A stretch of 64,000 nt of DNA from a virus (taxonomy: Duplodnaviria > Caudoviricetes). A model generated the notes under the pieces. The model had not been told where the DNA came from. It did not search any database and was given only the letters and a program-made list of their open reading frames with translations. Shown one piece after another: positions 48,620 to 59,700 of this stretch. The DNA is taken from positions 45,213-109,212 of IMG/VR virus record IMGVR_UViG_3300037067_015039. One strand, written 5' to 3'. Each line of letters starts with the position of its first letter. The stretch's first letter is position 1. A program made the position numbers and the translations under genes.

Positions 48620-49072
48620 TCAGCCTCCTGATACCTGAGAGATTACCACAATTGAAGATATTGTAGTCCTCAGCAGAATGAATCCGCCCTCAATTTTCTG
48701 TTTTAGCGCCGGATCTTTTATGGCCAGTACGAATTCAATTTTTGTCGGATCCAGAGAATCGCTTACAGGTATCAATAGGGCCATGATTTTCTTCCGGCTT
48801 TCAGGGTCAAGCTTCTGGATGGCACCCAGGACCGAATTAACTTGCTGGCCTGCCACGTTGGCCCGAGCGCATATGTCCAGCGCCTTGCCGGCGTTTTCCT
48901 CCGAAATGAATTTCGCCTTTTCGGCTGCTATAATATTTTTCTGCACTTCAGTCAATGTGGTCGCATAGATCGCCATCGACTTAGACACTTTCAACAGGTC
49001 GTTGTCGCTGCATGCTGACATGCACAGGACAAGACTCATGATCAAAACAGCCATTGTTGCGTTACGTCTCAT
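48620..49072 (-). CDS. putative lipoprotein
   Basis: Basic N-terminus, hydrophobic core, MSAC lipobox. Confidence 0.65.
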   Translation of the reverse strand: MRRNATMAVLIMSLVLCMSACSDNDLLKVSKSMAIYATTLTEVQKNIIAAEKAKFISEENAGKALDICARANVAGQQVNSVLGAIQKLDPESRKKIMALLIPVSDSLDPTKIEFVLAIKDPALKQKIEGGFILLRTTISSIVVISQVSGG

Positions 49073-49083
49073 ACCTATTCTCC

Positions 49084-49365
49084 TTATTCTTGATTAATAC
49101 TTGGTTTGACTGATTCTACCACAGGAGGCTTCGGATTTTGAGTATTAGGATCGGATTCATTTGTGACTCCAGTCCCAAATATCCCAATATTTTTGATCAT
49201 ATTCGCAAACACATTGTTTGCGAGTCCTAAGAATAATCCACCGATCGCGGCCGGAGTTAAGGCAACGCCCCAATTACCAAGAGTCATGCACCATGCTCCT
49301 ATAGAGAGGCACAGAGACATGATAAAGAGGAGTTTCCTTCGATCGGACAGGAGTTGAGCTTTCAT
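49084..49365 (-). CDS. putative holin
   Basis: Small 2-TM protein near the DUF5675-like gene; GGAGG RBS before MKAQL. Confidence 0.5.
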   Translation of the reverse strand: MKAQLLSDRRKLLFIMSLCLSIGAWCMTLGNWGVALTPAAIGGLFLGLANNVFANMIKNIGIFGTGVTNESDPNTQNPKPPVVESVKPSINQE

Positions 49366-49751
49366 AATTTCCTCCAGACAAACCGGATAGTCCAATACGA
49401 ATCGACATAATCCCGTCGAACCCCAAGGGCAAACAGTTTCTTGCCCTTGGTTAAGAGCGCGAAATGGATTGGCCAGCTAAGGCACCATGTACCGGGTACA
49501 GGAACGTCTTGATGATGATCTTTAGGATTAGATCCCATCAATTGTGCCGGCTCTCGGCCGCCGACAAAAGCGGTAAGCCTCCTTGAAATCCATCGCAGAA
49601 ACGGCCACCAGTCGGCATGGGTTTGCCGCAGAATGAGTGGAAGGTTACTTTTTGGAACCAGCACTGCCCATTTGAGTCCCCAGGTGATCAGGGAGAGCGC
49701 AAACAGCAGAACGAGGAACCCAATAATCAAAAGCGTTATTCCGATAAACAT
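49362..49751 (-). CDS. membrane-anchored hypothetical protein
   Basis: N-terminal TM helix. Confidence 0.55.
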   Translation of the reverse strand: MFIGITLLIIGFLVLLFALSLITWGLKWAVLVPKSNLPLILRQTHADWWPFLRWISRRLTAFVGGREPAQLMGSNPKDHHQDVPVPGTWCLSWPIHFALLTKGKKLFALGVRRDYVDSYWTIRFVWRKL

Positions 49752-49758
49752 AAAGATC

Positions 49759-50163
49759 CTATTCTTCGATGATCAGATAGAACTGATCTAGGTTGCCGTA
49801 CTTCTTCATAAACTCATCAAACCCGCCGCCATTTCCGCAGTGTAGGATCGCCGGCGCACCATCCATCACTCCGAATTCCTCTCCAACCGCGATACATCCA
49901 TCCAGTTGCATTTCCTTGTTGGCCTTGTGGAATAATATCCGGTCGTGGCCTTCGACCTGGATCTCAAATGTTGGATAGCCACCTTTATTGTAAAAGTCTT
50001 TTTTACAAAGAACCCGAACTCCTACAGGAATCTTTGTGATCTGCTTCCCATCCACTAAATATGTCCGCTCCAATGTGAGGGCAAAGGGAATGCGATCTTC
50101 CCCCATCATGACGCCGAAGGCACCCGGATCCACTACGGACACATGCTTTATAAAAAGGTCCAT
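49759..50163 (-). CDS. DUF5675-like putative endolysin/peptidase
   Basis: LTLER...IPVG...RILFHKAN....DGCIAVG (H...C catalytic-like pair). Confidence 0.7.
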   Translation of the reverse strand: MDLFIKHVSVVDPGAFGVMMGEDRIPFALTLERTYLVDGKQITKIPVGVRVLCKKDFYNKGGYPTFEIQVEGHDRILFHKANKEMQLDGCIAVGEEFGVMDGAPAILHCGNGGGFDEFMKKYGNLDQFYLIIEE

Positions 50164-50171
50164 GATATCCC

Positions 50172-50645
50172 CTATTTAGTAATTTTATCTGCGTTCAAAA
50201 GGATGAGATTGCCTATAGCACTCAACACCAGGCCCACTGCCACCCATATCAACGGCCGTATTATACCCCACCACTTTTCCGAATCCTTTTTCGCTGCTAC
50301 CTGGGTGGTGATTTCCAGTTTAATTTTTTCCAATTCTTGCCTGACTGTTATTGGCACAGGGAAATTACCAGCCGCTAAGGCATTCGCAAATTCCTGTACT
50401 TTATCCTTAACAGGGCATTCTATCTTATGATTCCTGATTTCATCCTTATTTTGTTCAGTTCTTAGATATAGTTCTTTGACCGATCCATTTAACTTTGCCA
50501 AATGATCAATCACATGTTTTTGACCGACATCGAGAGTATTTGTTGAGAGCTTGATTTCTACCTGTCCTTTATCTAAAGAAATTATAGAGGTTCTCAATTC
50601 ATTAAGTTCGTTACACACATGGACTTGAAATTCATCAGGAGTCAT
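50172..50645 (-). CDS. coiled-coil protein with C-terminal TM helix
   Basis: HLAKLNGSV segment plus C-terminal hydrophobic helix. Confidence 0.55.
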   Translation of the reverse strand: MTPDEFQVHVCNELNELRTSIISLDKGQVEIKLSTNTLDVGQKHVIDHLAKLNGSVKELYLRTEQNKDEIRNHKIECPVKDKVQEFANALAAGNFPVPITVRQELEKIKLEITTQVAAKKDSEKWWGIIRPLIWVAVGLVLSAIGNLILLNADKITK

Positions 50646-50732
50646 ACGTAGAGATCCTATAAAAAAAGCATATTGCATGGGAAGAGCTCCAAAAACATGT
50701 TGTCCGATACTTCAACATCTTTTAAGCTCCAC

Positions 50733-53700
50733 TTAGTCTTCTGGAGGTTCCGGAAGACTTCCGCTTGTATCATCAGGTGGAGACTGCAATCCAATAGATT
50801 CCTCTTTATACTTTCTAATGCCTAACTTTTTGAGGGACTTTTGAGCTGTTGCAAGCATTCTCATATAAGCATTGTCAATCCTCCTTCTTTTTTCATCAGC
50901 GCTATATTTCGGGTCTTGAATTACCCTATGGATTTCACGGTTGATGCTTTTAAATCTTTCCGTGGCATACCTTAATTCATCATACATCTTACGTTCTTGT
51001 GGGGTAAATGGAGGAAGATCAAATCGGTTTCCCTCCTTCCTGGATTGCTTCCTACTTCTATATTTGAGATTGATATCTGTCCACAAGTCATAAACCTTAG
51101 ATATGCTTCGCAGACTGGCATGAGGGAAACGAACTGCGATTGAACGGATCAAAGGCACATCTGCCAACTGAGTCGTTGGCAAGGTCTTACCCTTTGGAGG
51201 CGAAATAAGGTTAGTCGCCGGATCAAGGATTACTTTTGTAGCCAACCTGGCGGAGCCGCCAAAAGTTGAAAACATGGCATGCTCAATCTTTACAGGGCTG
51301 ACATGAATGCCCATTTTGGCCATTAACAACGCCGTTTGATTAGCGAATTCGCTCGTATACCAGTTTGATCGATACTCCGGCAGATAATTTTTCTGCATCC
51401 AATCACTTTCAATTTCCCGATTGGTAAAGAAATTTTTGTTATACATTAATTCAAACGGAGTTTTAGCGATCGTTGGTACGATCCCCGGCGTAATGTTTGA
51501 AATCAAATTCTTAATGAAATTATCAAAAGCAGTCGGATCCTTGGTATCTATATATTCCGCCAGCCGCTCTGCCGGGGTTGCATAAAACATTCCCCAACTG
51601 AATGGTTTTGGAACTGGTATCCATGGAGTAGCCTGACTCAATCCCGGGATCCCCTTTGTCGGAAATAACCAGAAAAGATCTCTAAGCCACCAAGGAGCTT
51701 CGCGGTATCTTTCGTCATCCTTATTTAGATAATAAACTAAAATTGATATTGCTTGGAAAATAGCGCCTTTAAGCAACGCTCCTTTAGGGTTGAACTTGTG
51801 GACTCGCACAAATTTGTCCACATCTTGAATAGATGCATTAAAAAATGGGATTGTGAGATTGAATCCTCTAGCCCAGGCACCGATCCTTTGAAAATCCAGT
51901 GTCCCTTCACGAGATGCGAGGCCAGCTTCACGGATGGAGCCGCCACGTTTTCTTGTTTGGGTATAAATAGAGACTCGAGTCATAGCCTCAGATATTTCGC
52001 TCAAGATTCTCAATGCGTCTATTGGATGCCGAAGCGCATATTCCATCTTCCCGGACATAAGATCGCGCAATGCCATACTCATTTCTTTGCGATCCATAGA
52101 AGCCATAGCAGAATGAGGGCCACCAGACCTCATCCATTCCTGGTAATCTTTGTCCTTCATTATCACATGCCCAAGCCCTTGCAGCGTGTGATAGCCAGGG
52201 ATATATCCAATATTGGTTTGAGCCCATGCGGTGAGCATATCTCGGGCAATATTTCGGGAAGCAAATTCCGGGTTGATTCCAGTAGCGCCCATTCTGAGGA
52301 CTGATGCGGGGATAGCAGCAATTTTCATAAGGATCCCGATGGAATCTTTATCCAGTCCCTTTATAGCATTATAAAGATTTGGTTCAAGCTGGTATAAAAT
52401 CGGTTTCCCTTTGAAATACACCGTTATGATATTCTCTTTAGGGGAAGGAATAGCATTAGGGACAAATATCGTTGCAAGCTGGTCCAGATTAAGATTTGGG
52501 TCCGAAAGATCAACTCCCGCAGCAGAAAGCGCATTTTTGATTCTATCCAAGGCGAATGTCTCAGGAATAACTTTTGCCGCCAATGGTCCGGAAACCCATC
52601 TCCCGGAGCCATCCTCCTTAGTCAAATTCGCTAATGCCTGTCCTACCAAATTACGTTCGGCCACATTGATAAGCGTGTAGGTGTTTTTAATGATCGATTC
52701 CAACGGATCTATAATTGGCCGCCAGGACCCCTTCATTTTCTTTACCGGCTGCCATAAATCCACCATGCTTGATCCGGCCTTAGCTCTGCTTTCTGTGGTT
52801 TTCTCCCCGGCACCAGCCTCATACATCCTATGGAATGGTACAAAAAACTGGTTAAGGAGTTTGATGCTGATATATTGATCCACCGAGAGCATTCCGCAAT
52901 CCCGGAAATAAATCAAAAGCTGGTCCTGATATTTATAAAGTTGCAGCAGTGTGTCTTTGGTTATCTGTGCCTCTGGAGTTGCCGCCTTTAACGAATTAAC
53001 ATCAAAGGCCGGCACGGATGGATGGCCGAGCATAGTTGGAGTTGAACCCACAGTGAGCGTACTCAGATCGAATCCTTGCTCTTGTAAGGATTCCTTGGCC
53101 TCCTGAACTGTTATTCCAACCTCAATGCCTTGCAGTCCCTTCTTTTCTAAGGTTCTCAGGGCAATAGCAGTAATACGCAGATCATCTAACCTATCCTTCA
53201 TTGGTTCAAGAATCTGTTTTAGTCCTGGGCCAAGAAGGGTATCAAGATTTTTACCGAAAGTCCCCACCTGGAGGAAATGCTCTGCCCTGGCAGCCCAACC
53301 GCTTAAAGCTTGGGCAAGTTTGCCAGGATCGTCTTCCATTGGGATCTTCCGGCCCTTGGTTATAATCTTCACAGCTTCATTGATTGGATTAAGATGATTG
53401 ACCATCCCCGTATAAATTTTTTCGAACCATCCCATTTGATCATATACTGGCTCTTCTACCGAAATATGGGACAGAATTTTCGCTGAACTCGTTTGATCCA
53501 GCCAGCGTTTATAATCTCGTTGAGCTTCCTTTAGGATTCCCGCGAGATCGGGATTTCGAGCCAATTCACCTTCAAACATCAAATTCACGCCGGGGCATAG
53601 TTGCGCCGCTTGCGCGGGATCCGTAATCCAATACCGGATATATTCGGCAAAGCCTTCCGGGAGTTTAGATTGTCCAGCGTAAGCCTTAGTGGCAATTGCC

Positions 53701-56700
53701 TCAAGTTCCACTCTATGAGGGGCCAACGGCCGCCAATTTAGTTGTTTCCCGTGTATTCCCCACAGGATCTTATTAATAGCATGGCCAACTTCATGGGCTG
53801 CAACAGCAACATCCTGAGCTTTTTTAATTCGAATTGCTGTTGCATTTATTTTAAAAATTCCCAAAGCTCTTTGTCGGAATCTTCCATATCTGATTGGGAC
53901 TTTGAGCTTTTTAGCCAAATTGATAAGAATGTCATTTCTCCTCACTAAATCCTTTTTATTTATAACAGGAGGAGGAGCGTAATTTGGTGCGCCGGATGTT
54001 TGAGGAGGAGCCGGCAGGACTGGAGCGCCCGGAGAACTCGCCATTGCCGACGTAGGTTCTTCTTCTGGTTGGGGAATTTCTTCGCCCTCTTGACTACGCT
54101 TTAAATCATCCATCATCTCTTCGACATAAGGGAAATAATGGATTGCTTCCGCCTGGGCCTGGGTATTATCAAAATCGACTTCGCTACTTACGTGATCAGA
54201 CACTTCTTGCCCAACCTTGTCGACATAAATTCTTTCATTCAACCAGTCGGTATTGTCTTGAGTTTTGATCCAATTGAGCAAATGTTTTGCTATGACAGGA
54301 TTTTGATGAACAATCATTTGATCGTCCAAAGTTCCTTGACCATTCAGAATTCTATCAATAGACTCTTGAGCTTGCTTGAGCCAGAATTCTGCCGCTTGTC
54401 TCGCCTGTTCTATAGACTGAGGAACGTCACCGCGGCCGACTTCCATAGATCTGGACCCATCTGCTTCGACATTGAGACCTATTGACATAGCGCTTGTCGG
54501 GCCTCCACCACCTGGCGCAGAAGGAGTCCCGGTTGGGATAACTCTTACAGGTTTATTCCGTTCGAAGATTTTATCGAGAAGTTTAGGGCCTTCCACATCA
54601 TCTAATGGGACGAAGACTCTAGGGCGTCTTGATTCTCCTCCTACAATGATTTCTGTAATTGCGCCCTGATCTTTCAACGTCTTAACCGCGGCTTCGCGGT
54701 ATGCACGTGAAAGATTGATTTCCATCCGGCGTTCACCATGGATAGGGGGCGTCATTTGGATACGCCAATTATTATCCAGTTCGATAGTTGCGCCATCCCT
54801 AACCATCGTGAATATTGAAAGCCCTGACTCTTTAGTAAAATCGTTGCCCATACCAAGCCGGGATTTAAGAGGTCCAATCTCGTTTGTCTTTACCTGGATG
54901 CCAATTACCGGAGAACCATCAGCCAAAACCGCTCGAACAATTTTTAGATTATGGAGTTGTCCGTCCCCTATAATTTTGTCATGAATTGGGAAGACTGCTC
55001 CAGTAACCATATAAACCGGGCGCCGGGTGGTCTCCGGGATTTCTGCAAATTCCTTTTCCCATAAATCCTTTGCCTGCTCTAAGGCTGTTATGGGAGGTCC
55101 GGGAAGTCTTTCAGGCGTCGCAGCCTTATCTGAAGGCGTACCTTTGACAATTTTATAATTCTCATTGAATTCTTTAACTTCAATTCTATTTTTTGTGAAT
55201 CGAACAGTCCGGAGGTCGATTTTTCGATTTCCAGTCAGAGGATCAACATAATTATATGCGGCCGATATTTTCCCGCTCCTCTTATTGGTTACAAAACCAA
55301 TAAGATCTGCACTTCGAGGGATATTATCCCATTTAAGCTTTTCGGTTTTAAAATCCCCTTCCATCTCAAGGAATTTTGTTTCCATATGAGTGTTGGGATC
55401 TTTGTAAATAACCTCTTCTTTTGTGATGACAATATTGCTTCCACGAATTTTTGAAATTCCGGTATCAAAAGTACCTTGCTCCTTCGCAACTGCGAGATAA
55501 GCCTGATAACGACCATAGAAGTTATTAAACACATCGTTTTGGACGTCGACAGGAAGAACCATTATGCGATTCAGAAATCCTTCAACATTGGTGTCGACGT
55601 TGGGCTTCAATGATTTGTTAGGAGTCAGCCAGCCCATGGCATCTAAAACATCCACACCACTGCCATAATCGCCTTTTACTTCATAATTGTTATGCGCCAG
55701 ATCATGGACGAGTGACATCAGTGCGGTACGCCCATAACCATCTGTGAGATCCTCAATATCGAACAGACTTCCACCAAGCGATTCCCGGTTGCCCTGCGTC
55801 ACAGCGCCTAAACTGGCCAGCCGGCGCGAAACTGCATTAATCAATCTCTGCTGACCAGCCACGTTGGTTTTAACCAACATGATTATTGGAGGAGTAACCT
55901 GGTTCGATCTGTGAGCGCGACCAAAGAACTGCATTTGCTGATCGGCCGACCAGGATAATTGAGCGCAATACATAATTCGGCGTTTATTTGCAGTCGGTAT
56001 CCCTTTTTCAGCTTGAGCCGATATACCAGCACTGCCGGCTCCTGTGATGATCAAGACATCAGCTTCTCCGTTTTGGAACCGGCGCAGTTCTGCATTATTG
56101 ATGGTTTCCCCGGGTTTCTTCCCGGCTGGTTTGCGGCGTACCAGTTTATTGCCTTCAATTCGTTCAGTTCGCCCAGAAACTTCCGCAACTTTTCCCCATC
56201 CGCCAAGATGGTTCGCAATCATATCCATAGGATTATCCGGAAGATTCAGATATTCGAGTTCATTCAAAAGCTCTTCCTGCATCCGGAGATTTTCTTGGTT
56301 TATTTCTCCGGTAGCAATCTGAATTGTGGATTGTGGGTTGTCCGGATCCGGGACATCTTCCATCTCCTCGAGGGGAAACCAGTTTTCGATATAAGATTTA
56401 ATCATCTGCCTTGGGCCAATATCGATATCTTCTATACTCTTACCGGCCGCCTCAGCTTTTGCGACTTCCTTCTTCATCAGAGTTTCATTCGTGCTGAGGA
56501 TATTGATGATCGGCGCCATGCCGTTTTTAAGAGATTCATCCAAATGAGTCAAAACAGACTGCATCTGGTAGGTCGTCATCAGCATAAGGAAAAATCTTTG
56601 TTGGGTGCTATAGAACTGGGAATAGCGCGTTCCCCCGCGCTTTTGGTTCGCATTGCCCTCGGCTATTTCCATCTGCTTTATCAATTTAGACCACATGCTG

Positions 56701-59700
56701 GCAGATTTATTGTATTGCTCAAGCTGATATTCATTGAGGTCATGATTTACATAATCGTAATTCACGCCTCGATAACTGATCTGCCGGCTTATGAATGCTC
56801 CAAGTGATTTAAGATCTCGAGAGAGCATTTCCATAGCTCCCAATCCACCAGTGTTCATGGCATTCATAAAAGCGTCAAAATCTGCGAAAGCTGTTCCTTC
56901 CCCCCATAATCCAAGCCGATTCATATATCCCATGTTATGGGCGAGAGTAGCTCCGGTAGCGCTCACATAAAGTATCTTGGCCTTTGGAAATTGTCTGGCA
57001 AGCAGCAGCCCCATCTCACCGCGGTCGGTGCCAGTGGCACTTGTCGAAGCTCCGCCCTGATTAGTTCCCACGGCGTTTTTCATTGCGTGGCAATTGGATA
57101 CTAATATTCCATCGGCAAAGTAGTTGTGATTGTCTGCAACTTCGAGGTCATAAACGATTCGATCTTGTGCGCTACGAGACTGCAATCGGTCAATATCTCC
57201 TGATTCCAAAATCTCAATACTGACCACCCTAGATATTCCAAAATCTCCGTTTTCCTGTGATCGAGATACTTCCATCTGCAAAATCTTGCTCGTTGCCTTT
57301 GCTTCAATCCTTTCACATTGCGTTGAAACTGGATCCCGCACCAAACGCAAATCCGCAGAGGATTCATCTGTGCATAATAATTCCTTCGACAATTCATGCT
57401 GCAAAAACGAAGGCGGCTGATTCTCTTGCCGCGCTTTTTTATTTTCGGGTTGCCACAATAAAAACATACCGGGGCTAAGTTCTCCGGCAAGGACATATTT
57501 TCTATCTTTTTGATTCCAGATTTTATGATTTGGGGTGCAAGTGAAACTTCCATATTCATGAGTAATTTTAACGAGAGAACTATTGATAGTCCGTGGCAAC
57601 CATCGTAATACTGGCTTCCATTCATACCGATTGCATTCTTTATTATATGACAAAACCTTAACTGCTAGTTGTTTTTCTACAATTTCTCCTATTGGTATTT
57701 CACCACGATCGGTTTTAATCAGTGTTTCATATGTGAAACATTCATCAAAAACTATAACTCCATCAAATTCTTTAGCTTCGGCAGGCTGCAACCAATCAAT
57801 AATCTGATTAAATCGTTCCCGTTTGCTCTTCCAGTTACTTGCGGCTGTGCCATATTGGGTGAAGAGAATTCCTTCTGTGCTATCGATTGGAGCGCCCTTA
57901 GCAAATTTGGATTCATTCTGGTGGATAACGGATAGAGGGACGCCTACACCACCAATGTCTCTCTTGGCATCCTCATATAATTGCTGAGTAGCCGAAATCC
58001 AGACAGCTTTCTTCTGTCCGGTTTCCCGGAGATAGTGATAAATAATTCCAGCTATTTCTCTTCCTTTCCCGACTCCGGTTCCATCACCAATCCAGAAACC
58101 AGCCGTGTCTCCATTTGGCAAAGTGGTCCCAAGTCGCTGAACGGCATATGTAATAGTTTCTAATTGGGCATCACTTAATCTTCCGTCTGAGATCACTTCC
58201 GGAGGCAAGTTTATTTTTACCTTAATATCTGGCGATTCCACGCTTCCGAGAGTTGCGCTTTCAATAAGTTCTGCCGGGTGAGGCTTAGATCCTTTGTATA
58301 CAGCTTTCTTGGGTTTGTACTTTACATAAGCGTCTGTTTCTTCTTCTCCGAGTGCTTTGTCTTGTGCATCTAAAGCTACCTCGATGGGAGCCATGTCCCC
58401 CGGGCCTCCAGAAGTAGGAGCACCAGGTCTTCCGCCCAATCCGGGAGTAGTTTCAGGTTCTCCGGCATCGGTAGGTTTTCTTTCAATATCAATTGGTGGA
58501 GGTCCCGGGAGACTCCCACCGGGTCCTCGCTCCCCGCTTTCAGGAACGTGTCCCAATTCACCGGGTCTAGACTCATCCCCTGATGGTACGCCAGGCCGCC
58601 CTCCGGTAACGCCAGGGCTTCCACTACCAGTTCCAGTAGTGGGTTCTGCCGGTCCAATGACTGGCCCCTCAATCGGTGGAGGAGCTTTAATGCTTTCGAT
58701 TGGGCTTGGTCTAGTGATTCTTCCATAGATATCCTCGCCTGCGATAACACTCAACTTTTCTAAAGCTTCCGCTGGAGAAAGCTGATGAGCTATCAAAACT
58801 TTTGAGCTTCTTTCTGCCCCTGTGTCTCCAGGAGTAGGACCAGTCTTGTCTATGACTATCATGCGATTGTCATAGGTGGTTCCCATCTTCTGATAGTATT
58901 GACCCTTCAATCCAAGATCCGCCCGGACGTTGTAATGAGCTTGTACCTGATTCCACCATCTGTTGAATTTTGATCTGTGATGCCCCATCCCTTCGCCAAC
59001 AATAGCCACAAGCCGGCCGCCTGGCGCAAGCTTTTGCAGGGCATTCATTACGTGCCGGGCGCCAAACTCCATGCCGTGTAGCTTCCCTGGGCCGGCAGAG
59101 AATGGAGGATTCATGAGAATTACATCAGGAGTGTAATCCGATAAGGATGTCCCTGTCGTCGTCAGATGCAATGCATCGACAGTGCTTGTTGGGAAACCCC
59201 GGAGCTTCAGAACAGTGACCCTTCTTTCGTCTATTTCGTTCGCTCTTACCTGGTATCCGCGAATTCGCATCATTGTGGCTAACATACCAGTGCCAGCACT
59301 CGGTTCTAGAGCCGTAAGAGGAGAACTTGGATTCCCCAAAGCATAAGCAGTCAAGAAAGCCTGCATAGGAGGAGTTGAGAATTGCTGAAGTTCAATCTGT
59401 TCGGTGGTGCGATCGGACTGAACCGCAAGGCGTCCCTGGAGTTCTTCCAACCGGGCCATAGTCGCAATTGGATCGTTAAAATCAACCATCCCGCTTTCTT
59501 CTATGTATTCTGATACGGCGCCCTCGAAGACGTCATACATATCTCGAAGCGTGTATTTCCCCTGTCCACGGGCGCCGCCGAAGGATTCATTCGCCATAGC
59601 CTGCAGCATCGGATTATTAAACTTCGCTCCATTAACCAAAGCGGCTTTAATTTTAGAAAGAAGATCTCTGAATTGTTGATCCCTGGTTATTTCTTCAGGC

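Noticed and set aside
55959-56807. 282-aa antisense ORF and other shadow ORFs in the giant gene
   Set aside because: Antisense to conserved helicase sequence, with no motifs or RBS.
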